Positions 39,555-51,254 of a stretch of DNA of 64,000 bases are shown here, piece after piece; within the stretch, counting starts at the first letter, position 1; each line of letters opens with the position of its first letter. The stretch is taken from assembly GCA_964016885.1 (NCBI GenBank), contig OZ024747.1, positions 23,746,001 to 23,810,000 on the forward strand, in the 5' to 3' direction. This stretch comes from Eledone cirrhosa. Lineage: Eukaryota. Under the pieces are notes generated by a model. That model was not told the origin of the DNA. It made no database searches and saw only the letters and a program-made list of their open reading frames with translations. Made by a program: the position numbers and the translations under genes.

Positions 39555-40640
39555 TAATTATCATCATCATCATTTTACATCCGCTTTTCCCTGCTTGCAA
39601 GGGTGGGACAGGTCTTATTCAGCACAGCATCTCTCCACTTGTCATGGTCCTTCGTCATCTCTACTGTGAGCTTCAGCGATCTGAGGTCTGTTCTCACCAC
39701 CTCCGCCCATGTTTTTCGTGGTCTACCTCTACCATGTCTTCCTTCAACTGGCATTTCCACTTCTTCACCTATCGGTCATCCTCCATGCGCATCACATGTC
39801 CATACCACCGCAGTCTCCTCTCTTGCGCACTACATTCTATCCCTCTCAGACACAGTTTCTCTCTCAACACATGCATGCTGGGTTGTTCACGCACATTGAC
39901 ATGCACATCCAACAGAGCATGCTTGCCTCATTTCTCTCCAGCTGTCGCATATCCTCTGCAGTTGCTGCCCATGTCTCACTACCATGCAGCATCGCGCTCC
40001 TCACACAGGCATCATATAACCGGCCTTTCATACACAGGGAGAAACCCTTCTTCATCAGCAGAGGAAGTAGCTCCCTAAACTTCTTCCAACCCGTCCTTAT
40101 TCTAGATACTATGGCCTTGGAACACCCCCCTCCAATGCTAATCTGATCTCCTAGGTGCCGGAAGCTATCCACCACTTTTATAGCACCCGCCTGCATTTGA
40201 AAAATGTGTCTATCAATGCGACTCCTACTGTCTAATTTCCCTGTACATCTACTGCATACGTATTTTCCTGCTATCCCACTACATCTCTTGTGTACCCAGG
40301 ATCTGCATTGTGTGCATTTTATAGAATTTATGCCAGTTCCTTTTCTGCATATCGAACATGGCCATTTCCCTGATGGAATCAGAGTTTTGTCCTCTTTTCT
40401 ACTCATCAACACTTTTGTCTTAGCTAGGTTCACTCTCAGTCCTCTTGATTCCAACTGCTGTTTCCATAACCAGAATTTATTCTCTAGCTCCTCTACTGAT
40501 TCTGCTATAAGAACCAGATCGTCAGCATAGAGAAGTTCCCATGGACAGCCAGTCTTAAACTCCTCTATTATGGCTTGGAGGACTATATTGAACAAGAGCG
40601 GGCTGAGAACTGAACCTTGATGTACTCCTACTTGTACTTG
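39555..40640 (-). mobile_element. RTE LINE family B, 5'-truncated and degenerate, splitting a piggyBac-type MITE
   Basis: ORFs 39864..40595 (YADD, PHD) and 39575..39760. MITE halves lie at ~39418..39555 and ~40650..40856. Confidence 0.9.
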
Positions 40641-42351
40641 TACTTGTACTTTATCTCACATAATATCTCACATAACACTTACATTACTCTTTATTATACT
40701 ATTATATTTTCATGGTATAATTATTTCACATAATATTGAATCTATGAGATTTTGATATTATTTATTTTGAGAACAATACCTTAACTTCAGTACGAGTGGC
40801 CAGTTACAGCTGGTTTGAACAGAAACAGGTGAGGGAATTCTGTGCTAAAGAGTTAAAATAATCTATTTTCTTTTTGATAAGTCATGACTGAAAACAACTC
40901 TAGAAATTCTAAAATGAGATCATGTGAGTTGTTCATTATCTTTTGTTGGTGAGGGGGCATTTTGTTATGGATAAGAAAATATTGATTATAGACACTTTAA
41001 GAGAAAAAATAATTTTGTTATGTATAAGAAAATACTGATTATAAAGACGTCAAGGGAAAAAAAAATCATTGAAATTACAAAAAAAAAAAAAAAAAAAATT
41101 GTTATTAATTGAACATAATTAATCAAATCTGATTTCTGGTTGGTACCATGACAACAAGCACTCATGTAAGGTGGTAGTGCTGGTGTTATAAAAAAAAAAA
41201 AGCTCCCAGAACACTATAATGTTTTTGGATTTAGGAAGGGTATCTAGTTCTTGAAAGCCAAGTAAAACATGGAACATATGAGTAAGATCTGATCACCTGA
41301 CCTGTCTGGCTTTATAATGTGACAGTCTGTCAAACACATGCAAGCATAGAAAATAGACTTTGAATGGTGATGATGATGAAAAACAGCTTAATAAATGTAA
41401 TGTCACTGGTCAGTGTTTTCAATTGAAATGGACTTGAAGTAATAAGTTCATGTGTTAGGGTCAGCACCAGATTTAGTCTTTTTGAGGACTTAAGCACTTA
41501 AAAGTTTATGGTCGCCCTCACCTTCCATATATAAAGTCTGCATAAGAAGTCTGCATACATTTGAAGAAAATTGTGCCCCTCTTTCCTTGATACTCTGAGC
41601 AATTATGCTAACAATTTGCAAATAGACTTCTATACTTTGTCTAGCATAATAACTTGAATCAATTTGAAAATTAATATAAGAATTACAAGACTAACAGCAC
41701 ACACATTATTTTTGTGCAGAAAAAGGTCATCCCCCAGGTGTTGATAAATAGAACCAATGAAGTACTGGAATCAATTACATCAACAAGAAGTATATATGTC
41801 TCATTTACAAATGCCACATTTAACAACTCTGTTTGCTCTTTCTCCCATCCTAGATGATGTGGTGAAGAGGAGGATCACCATATCCATAACTGAATGGTAT
41901 GAAATTCTAAAATATCAAGAATTATCAGTAATCTGTTTTTTCAGCCTGTGGTGTTTAAGATATTTAGGAGAGCTGAGCCACTAGCAATAAAGTTTTTGTC
42001 ATTTTTGGCAGCTCACTTTACTGATGTATCAGATAATTGTTTCTACTTTTGGCACAAGACCAGCAATTACCCTAGTGCATGACTGGTACTTTATTTTATC
42101 AACCCTGTAAGGATGAAAGGCAAAGTTAACCTCGGTGTCTGAGCGGCAGCTTAGTTATTCCCATGTCTTAGCCTTTCTATCATCCACAGCAATGTTGTAA
42201 GTGGGTTGGCTTGCCTCAAAAGTTATTTGAAGGAAACTTCAGCGCCCCTTGTTACAGTATATTACTGGGTGTGCACGTCTTCTCTCCCACCTTTATTTGC
42301 TTCTTTTATTCACCCCACCTTTTCTTTTTTTTTTTTTAGTACTGTTTAGGA

Positions 42352-42821
42352 CAGGGGTCAGCAACCTATGGCCCTGGGCCAGATCCAGCCCGAGAGAACT
42401 GATACCCAAAGAGTTGTTTATTTAAAATTTATTGTAATATGAGCAATGAGACTTTCGAATACAGTAAAAGGCCTGCTGTTACATTCTTCTACAAATATTC
42501 TGATTCACTCTACCTAATGTCCACTGCCAACAGGATGTGAACACTTTGACAGCAAAAGCACAATTAAAAATTGCGCTATGTATTTTTAAGATTTTTTAAA
42601 CAAATGATTCCAACGATGTCTTAAATTGAATAAATTATGTTTTTCCATTACTACATTCATCTGTGGTTAATATAAATTATTTCTAAGTATAGTCAACACC
42701 TGTGATTAAATTTTAGCTTGTGTAATTTTCCATAATTATTCGTTTATGGCCTTCGTTCGGCTCGTTATCCAGCATAAATACTCGATCCGGCCCGTGGAGG
42801 CAAAGAAGTTGCCAACCCCTG
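42352..42821. mobile_element. Non-autonomous hAT element
   Basis: TIRs CAGGGGTCAGCAAC / GTTGCCAACCCCTG; perfect 8-bp TSD GTTTAGGA. Confidence 0.9.
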
Positions 42822-43276
42822 GTTTAGGAGAAAGTATTTATTTATGATTGTGTTCAATCACATCACAGTCACCATTTTTTAAGCAGAGATTTTGGTTGTT
42901 GCGTGTTAGTCCTATGTGTTGCTGACTCTCACATTTACCACAGTATCCATATGGAAGGGATCAAAAGAGTCACTGATAAGGGGTCTACCACAATGACATC
43001 TCAGTCCCCTACAGTCACACACTCCGAGTGCAAAGGAGATGCGGACCTCATCCATATTTTGTAGAACACCAAGCTCTGGTACTTAGAATGTTTAAGGAAA
43101 GAATAGCTGGACAAGGAGGAGGAGGAGGAGACAAGACATTCATACAAGTTAACGAAATGTCAAAGTGTGGTGAGTCTTAACACCTCGATTGCTGCCATGA
43201 CAACGGAGGTACTAATCCAGCAATGGGCAAACTGCGCCCCGCCTTATCCCATGCCGCCCACTGCATGAAAAAGCTT

Positions 43277-43814
43277 GGCACTACAACGCTATTAGCTGTC
43301 AGTCCAGTGGAAAACAGGCGAAGGTGACGTCACTCGTCAACATCGTTTATTTCCGTATTACTACCACGCGTAAGTGGAGTTTTCACGCGTTTTTTTTTAG
43401 AGAGAGAGGGAAGAGGAGAGATAGGGAAGAGAGAGAGAGAGAAGACTTAAAAGGGCCAAATTAGAAAACAAATAGAAAAAACAAATAGAAAACAAGTCAT
43501 GGTTATAAAGCATATCAATGTAAGTGGAGTTACTTAAATGAAAATATAGGTGGCCCTTAAAAGGGCCAAATTAGAAAACAAATAGAAAAAACAAATAGAA
43601 AACAAGTCATGGTTATAAAGCATATCGATGTAAGTGGAGTTACTTAAATGAAAATATAGGTGGCCCTTAAAAGGGCCAAATTAGAAAACAAATTTAAGTT
43701 AATTAGAAAACAAGTCATGGTTATCAATGTAGAAAACAAGTCATTCATAAATTTAAGTTTTATAATCAAATTTTTTTCACCAACAAATATGACAGCTAAT
43801 AGCGTTGTAGTGCC
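43277..43814. mobile_element. Element with 25-bp inverted repeats and 110-bp internal tandem repeats; relative at ~60105..60370
   Basis: GGCACTACAACGCTATTAGCTGTCA / TGACAGCTAATAGCGTTGTAGTGCC; units start at ~43446, 43556 and 43666. Confidence 0.65.
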
Positions 43815-43849
43815 CGCAATTCTGTATCTTTACGTATATTGTGCATAGA

Positions 43850-44160
43850 TACGAGGGTTGACAAAGATACTCTCATGGAATGTGACCAAATAAGGTTTAT
43901 TTTTCAACATAGTCTCCCTTGCGTTCCACACACTTCTTCCATCGGTGTTGCAGTACTGAGATCAATGTTTTCCTCGGTAGTGGCAGTTGTAGGACGTTCA
44001 GACATTGGGTCATCTTCAAGAATCCCCTATCCTTTCCTAAATTCGGCTGCCCACTTTTGCACAAAGGAAAATTGTGGTACAATATTGTAAGGTCTGCTTA
44101 TAGCATTATCTATCTTTCAAAAAAGGAAGGTCCACATTTCGTCGACTTCAATACATTTTA
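43850..44160 (-). mobile_element. Internally deleted mariner transposon
   Basis: TA-CGAGGG terminus at 43850. The C-terminus LQHRWKKCVERKGDYVEK* is fused to an N-terminal HTH remnant VQKWAAEF...LEDDP.SERPTTATTEENI. Confidence 0.8.
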
Positions 44161-44170
44161 TTACATTTTA

Positions 44171-44585
44171 TTGTATTGGAAAATCCTGGAGGGACTAGCG
44201 CCAAACTTTGGTATTGAGAGCGGGACCAACCCCCGAACAGGACGTCACTGTGTGGTGACAAAGGTCCCGTCTTCCACATCTAGAACAAGAAGCAGATATT
44301 GCAATAGACTGGGGTTCAAAGGCCCTCAACTCTTCAACAAACTGCCGAGGGATTTGAGAGATCTACATGGTGTGGCCGTGGATATTTTCAAGAAACTTCT
44401 CGACACCCTGTTATCCAGGATCCCGGACGAGCCCACATCACGGTACGAAGGTAACCTAAGGGCAGCAGCAACGAACTCCCTCTTACATCAATGGCCAGCC
44501 AACACAGGCTGGAGATAGAATGTGTAGCAACAAGGGCAGTGCCCAATCATGGTCTCAGCCGGATGGCTGGAACAGCTAAAAGAGT
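44171..44585 (+). mobile_element. CR1-like LINE 3' end
   Basis: WKILEGLAPN...GPQLFNKLP...FKKLLD.LL.RIPDEP...RAAATNSL in ORF 43919..44518. Confidence 0.75.
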
Positions 44586-44957
44586 ATATATATATATTTA
44601 ATATAGAAATGGCTTCAACAGGACTAGAACTGTTTCATTCGGAGGAAATCATCAGAAAAGCCGACTGTCAATGTAATATGGTGGTATTTATACATTTTCT
44701 GGTGGTAGGGGAGGGTAGTAAATTGATGCTAAGTAGACAAACACATACACACTGACAGACACTCCTAATTTTCAAGATTCATTTATTCCAAACAAACAAA
44801 GGGTTTTCATTGAGTGGCAATATTAAAATGTTCTGCTAAAAGATATAAATGTGTGTGTGTGTGTTTGTGTATGTGTGTGTATATATATATATGTGTGTGT
44901 GTGTGTTTGTGTATATATATATATATATGCGTGTGTGTGTTTGTGTATATATACACG

Positions 44958-44992
<35 letters not shown>

Positions 44993-45019
44993 TTGTGTAT
45001 ATATATATGTGTGTGTGTG

Positions 45020-45858
45020 CAAATTTCAATAATATTAAGACACCCTAATGGGGTTAAACGCCCTATAGTAAAAAGTTTGGCCAATAAATGGAACAAGATT
45101 TTACGTACTCCTCCTATGGTTTTGGAGATAGACCCCCATAACCATATATATTCTGAAACTACATTGCCCAGGGTACTTGTATAAGTATATTTCATTTTAA
45201 TCAAAGGGTTCATCGGGGGCACAAAACCGCCGCTGAAACTTTACCTTCGATTTATATGAAATTTAAACCATAGGTAAATGACAAGATATGATGCCTATTC
45301 ACATCATTTCAGCAAATTTCAATAAAATTACAATACCCTAATGGGGGTTAAACCCCCTATTAGGGTTCACCAGGGGGCACAAAATCCCCGCTGAAAATGT
45401 TTTCGGTTCGATTTATATGCAATTTAAACCATAGATAAATGAAGAGATATGATGCCTATTCACAAAATTTCAATACTATAAGACACCTTAATGGTGGTTA
45501 AACCCCCTATTAGGGTTCCCCGGGGGTACAAACCCCCGCTGAAAACTTTTCCCTTTCGATTTATATGAAACTTAAACCATAGGTAAATGACAAGATATGA
45601 TGCCTATTCACAAAAGTTTTCAATTGATATTTTGAAAAAAATGATTTACAAGAAACAAAAAAAGAATAAGATTTAATAATGCAATTTTGATTTGATATAT
45701 TACAAAAAATGATGTTTTCCAATTTTTCATGCATTATATTTTACATTGAGTAATATTGACTTTTTCTCCATAAATTATATCACTGATTTAAAATCAATCA
45801 TCATTTTCTTACAAAAAAAATGTGTGAAACGCAGCAAGGCGCTGGTAATTCGGCTAGT
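45020..45858 (+). mobile_element. Helitron-like 3' part with ~145-bp internal tandem repeats
   Basis: Three to four units containing GGGGTTAAACCCC; ends CAGCAAGGCGCTG...CTAG-T. Confidence 0.5.
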
Positions 45859-45911
45859 ATATATATATATGTGAGTGTGTGTATATATATATGTGTGTGT
45901 GTGTGTGTGTG

Positions 45912-46890
45912 CTCATTATGTAGGAGAGGTGTAGGTAGAAACTCCATCCTCTGCCCCATATGCAAACTATGGGTACACAAGAGATGTAGTGGGATCTCAG
46001 AAAGTTTAGTTAAAAATGTAGGCTTTACATGTAGCAATTGCACCAGGACAGTAAGCAGCAAACAATCACTGAAAACAAGTGACATCAAAGTCTGGGAGGA
46101 CTTGGTAAAAACAATACCAAATTAGCAGTGGAGCGGGGTGTTCTGAAAGAACAGGATGGAAGAAGTTGAGGGAGCTACTGCCACAGCTGGATAAAAAAGG
46201 CTTTTCCCTCAGAATAAAAGGTAGAATGTATGATGTGTGCATATGAACGGCAATGTTGCATGGTAGTGAGAGCTGGGTGCTGTGTGTAGAAGACTTGTGT
46301 AGATTAGAAAGGAATGAAGCTTGAATGCTCCGATGGATGTGTAATAGTAATATATGCGACCAGCAAAGCATAAACAAACTGAAAGAGAAACTAGGCCTAA
46401 GAGGAATCAAATGTGTGCAGGAGAGGAGATTATGTTGGTATGGACATGTGATTCGTATGAAGGATGACAGCTACATAAAGTCCCAGAAAGACTTGAGATG
46501 AAGTGATAAAAGCCGACCTTGCCCAATTGCACCTCTGAAAGGCAATGACACAGGACCAAGATCTCTGGCGTTTTGAGGTAATACAGAAACCCCAACTTCC
46601 CACGGGCCCAGGCCAAGGCTGAAACATACATACAGTATGCACCACTCCATCCCACCCGCCAATATATCTTTCATGAGAACAGGCCGAAACACTGTAAAGT
46701 GGTCGTGAAGGTTACACGGTAAAAAACACCCAGTCCACACTGTAAAGTAGTCGTGGAGGAATCACAACAAAAAACACCCAGTACTCACTGTAAATGAGCT
46801 TGGCATTAGGAAGGGCATCCAGCTGTAGAAACCAAGCCAAAATGAGTTCTTTATGAGCAAGACATGGTCACCTGACCTAACATTGCCAAA
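45912..46890 (+). mobile_element. Degenerate RTE LINE 3' part (family A-related)
   Basis: CSLCRRGVGRNSILCPICKLWVHKRCSG, then a decayed C-terminus and a 3' UTR similar to 9108..9414. Confidence 0.85.
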
Positions 46891-47344
46891 AATAGAAGGC
46901 ACATGGCTCAGTGGTTAGAGCATTGGCCTTGAAATTGAAAGGTTGTGAGTTTAATTCTCGGACCGGGTGATGTGTTGTTTCCTTGAGCAAGACACTTTAT
47001 TTCACATTGCTCCAGTTTACTCAGCTGTAGAAATGAGATGATAGGACTGGGGTCCCTATCATTCCACTGCAAAGGGGTCGTGGAGGTGCCACGGCAAAAA
47101 AAAAAAACACACCCAGCACTCACTGTAAATGAGGTTGGTGTTAGGAAGGGCATCCAGCTGTAGAAATCAAGACAGAATCAGTTCCCGTATGAGCAAGACA
47201 AGGTCAGCCGACCGGACACTGCCCACAACAGGACAATCCATGCTAGCGTAGAAGAACTGACATAAAATGATGATGATGAAATATAACAGAGTTTTATAGC
47301 TGGCTTGAAGCATTGATGAATAGGAAACACAAATTTAAAATTTG

Positions 47345-47660
47345 AAAACCAAGTTGAGGCCTTTGAACCCCAGGCTATTGCAATAGCGGCTCCTGATTCT
47401 AGATATGGAAGACGGGACCTTTGGTACCACACAGTGACGTCCTGTTTGAGAATTGGTCCAGCTCTCAATGCGAAAGTTTGGTCTTAGTCCCCCCAGGATT
47501 TTCCATATGTATATCATTGCATATCTCTCCCATCTTCATTCCGAGGAGTAGAGTTTCAGTTCTTTTAGACTCTCCCAGTAGTTTATCTCCTTCATCATGG
47601 CAACCTTCTTGGTGTAGCTTCATTGGATTGCTTCAAGCTCCATGGTTAGTTTGATACTAT
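47345..47660 (-). mobile_element. CR1-like LINE fragment, same family as 44171..44585
   Basis: IYIWKILGGLRPNFRIESWTN...RYCNSLGFKG in ORF 47335..47517. Confidence 0.75.
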
Positions 47661-48839
47661 GGGGTGGCCACAGCTGGGAGCATTCATCATCATTTCATTT
47701 TACGTCCACTTTTTCCCTGCTTGCAAGGGTGGGATGGGAACTGATTCTGGCTTGGTTTCTACAGCTGGATGCCCTTCCTAACATCAACCTCATTTACAGT
47801 GAGTGCCGGGTGCTTTTTTCCTGTGGCACCTCCACATCCACTTTACAGTGTGGGCTGGGTGCTTTTTTGCCGTGGCACCTCCACAACCACTTTGCAGTGG
47901 AATGATAGGAACCCCAGTCCTATCATCTCATTTCTACAGCTGAGTAAACTGGAGCAATGTGAAATAAAGTGTCTTGCTCAAGGAAACAACACATCACCCG
48001 GTGTGAGAATTGAACTCACAACCTTTCGATTGCAAGGCCAATGCTCTCAATATGTATGTATATATATATATACACACATACAAACTAATATACACGCACA
48101 CACACATATATATATATATATAGTAATAATAATACATATGAAGACTAAAATCCAAAGAGGGCTCGATAGGGATAAATATATATCAATTATATAAGAACCG
48201 TAGAGCAAATATTTATTAAAATAACAGATTAAAGTTTAAGCAAAGAATCGGCTGCTTTCACCCTTAATGGGATCTTCTGAAACTAAAAAAAAAATCAATC
48301 TGTGAATGCAGAAGTAAATATTTCGAAAAACGTTGCAACCGAAGGAAGACAGGAAGATGATATTTTGGTTCGTGGAGACGTAGTTTTAGGTATTCCTTCC
48401 TGCTTGGTACGGGTATGTTCTTTGTAGAAATATTAATATGTTTCTGCATGATAAATATAAGTCAATAGAGTACTCAGTCAAGGGAGCCAAATAGTAATAA
48501 TAATAAATTTGAAGACTAACATCCAAAGAGGGCTCAATAGGGATAAATATATATCAAATATATAAGAACCGTAGAGCAAATATTTATTAAAATAACAGAT
48601 TAAAGTTTAAGCAAAGAATCGGCTGCTTTCACCCTTAATGGGATCTTCTGAAACTAAAAAAAATCAATCTGTGAACGCAGAAGTAAATATTTCTAAGCCG
48701 ACCTTTCCCAATTGCACCTCTGAAGGGCAATGACACACGACCATGACCTCTGGCGTCACACAGTAATACAGAAGACCCGACTTTCCACAGGAACATATAG
48801 ACAATATTTGTTTTCCTTTGTTTTTTTATGTCCTATCAA

Positions 48840-51150
48840 CTAATCCGACCTCCAAAATGCTTGCAATTGACTATTTTTTTAGCATATTAACAACAAATAT
48901 GATTTCCACTGCAATTAAAAATGACTAGCTTTGTAAATGGTATTTCCACCCACATCCTCCCTCTTTTTTCTACAAAGCTAGTCATTTTCATCAGGTTTCC
49001 ATGTCATAACATTGATAATATGTGCATAAAATAGTAATTTGCAAGCACCATTTATGACAAATTGGGTGGTAAGCACACAAAAAAAAAAAATGCCAAATGA
49101 AAATTTGTCACACCAAAATCAATAGCTTGGTGTGATGTAGTATGGTGTGGTTTGGTGAAGTTTCTACAAAGATAGTCATTTTCGACAGGTTTCCATGTCA
49201 TAATTATTGATAAGTGGAAAAAAAATAGTCAATTGGGAACACCTTTAATGTCAGATTGGGTGGTAAGCACACACACTAAAAAAAAAAGGAAACAGGAAGA
49301 AAATGTTTCACACCAAGATCAATAGCCTGGTGTGATGCAGTATGGTGTAACTTGGTATGGTGTGGTTTGGTTTGGTGAAGTTATGAAATGGAAACCTATT
49401 GTAAATGATAGATTCCCATGTCATATTCATTGATAATGTGTGGGAAAATAGTCATTTGCAAGCACCTTTGATGTTAGTTTGAGGTGGTAACCACAAAAAA
49501 AGAAAAAAGCAGGTAGCAAATTTGTCACATTGATGTCCGTACCATGGTGTGATGTAAATGGTAGGAGTAGGTGTTCTGTAATAAATTTACCATATAGTGA
49601 AGTATGGTTATGGTGAATTTATGGTGTGGATTGGGGTAGATTAATGTGCTGTGGTGTGCTTTGTTATAAGTGAGGATTTAAATTTCCACTTTGATTTATG
49701 TTAGAAAAATAATTTTTCCTTCATTTTTGCATGTGCTATCAACTTCCAAGAAGCTCACAGTGGATTATGCTTTTAGCATATTAACAAAAATATGACTTCC
49801 GCTGCAATAAAAAATGGCTAGCTTTGTAAATGGTATTTCCACCCACATCCTCCCTCTTTTTTCTACAAAGCTAGTCATTTTCGACAGTTTTCCATGTCAT
49901 AATTATTGATAATATGTGCGAAAAATAGTCAATTGCAGCACCTTTGATGTCAGATTGGGTGGTAAGAACACACACAAAAAAAAAAAAAAAGAAACAAGAA
50001 GAAAATTTTTCACACTGAGATCAAAAGCATGGTGTGATGTAGAATGGTGTAGTTTGTTATGGTGTGGTTTGGATTGTTGTAGTTATGACATGGGAACCTA
50101 TTGCAAATGATAGGTTTCCATGTTATATACATTGATAATGTGTAAAAAAATAGTCATTTGGAGCACCTTTGATATCAGATTGGGTGGTAAGCACACACAC
50201 ACACAGAAAAAAAAACAGGAAGAAAAATGTTCTCACTGAGATTAATAGCATGGTATGATGTAGTATAGTGTAGTTTGGTATGGTGTAGTTTGATGTAGTT
50301 TAATGTGGTATGGTTTTCCAACCTCCGACATGCTCACAGCTGACTATGCTTTTACCATCATCTTCATCATTTAACGTCCACTTTTCCCTGTTTGCAAGGG
50401 TGGGACGGGAACTGATTCTGGCTTGATTTCTACAGCTGGATGCCCTTCCTAACACCAACTTCATTTACAGTGAGTGCTGGGTGCTTTTTTGCCGTGGCAC
50501 CTCCACGACCACTTTGCAGTGGAATGATATGGACCTCAGTCCCTATCATCTCATTTCTACAGCTGAGTAAACTGGAGCAATGTGAAATAAAGTGTCTTGC
50601 TCAAGGAAACAACACATCACCTGGTCTGAGAATTGAACTCACAACCTTTCGATTGCAAGGCCAATGCTCTAACCACTAAGCCATGTGCCTCCATTACCAT
50701 ATTAACAACAAATATGACTTTCACTGCAATCAAAAATGACAAGCTTTGTGAATGGTATTTCCACCCACTTTCTGCCCTTTTTTTTTCTTTAAAGCTAGTC
50801 ATTTTCAACAGGTTTCAAAGTCTTCATTGATAATATGTGCAAAAATAGTTAATTGCGAACACTTTTAATGGCAGATTGGGTGGTAAGCACACACACAAAA
50901 AAAGACAAAAAAAGACAAAAAAAGACAAAAAAAGCAGGAAGAACATTTTTCACACTGAGTTCAATAGCATGGTGTGATGTAGTATGGTGTAGTTTGTTAT
51001 GGTGTCGTTTGGTTTGGTGTAGTTTGGTATGGTTTAGTTTGGTGTAGTTATAACATGGAAACCTATCATAAATTTACCAAGGTATGGTATAATCTGGTTT
51101 GGTGTAGTGTAGGTTAGTGTGGTGTGGTGTGTTATTGTGTTGCATCGTAT
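48840..51150. repeat. Complex satellite with ~110-bp A and ~200-bp B subunits (ABBB-ABB-AB); diverged unit at ~54330..54600
   Basis: A (CATATTAAC...GGTATTTCCACCCAC) at ~48883, 49777, 50698. B (TTTCCATGTCATA...TTGGGTGGTAAGCACAC...TGGTGTGATGTAG) at ~48993, 49187, 49411, 49886, 50112, 50810. Confidence 0.85.
50359..50693 (-). mobile_element. Full-length SINE copy with 7-bp TSD, inserted in a satellite
   Basis: TTACCAT at 50352-50358 and 50694-50700. The empty site TATGCTTTTAGCATATTAAC is seen at ~49766. Confidence 0.9.
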
Positions 51151-51254
51151 AGCGTGATTCTCTTTAAATTAAAATCATTAAAATGTAATGCCTATCTTCT
51201 ATATCTTAAAGAGTGACCTTAAATGTGATTGCAAATGACTTTTTTCTCTGGATT

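Noticed and set aside
44620-44660. Hammerhead on - (CTGATGA-TTTCCTCCGAAT-GAAACAGTT)
   Set aside because: The core is present but stem I does not pair; at best a decayed relic.
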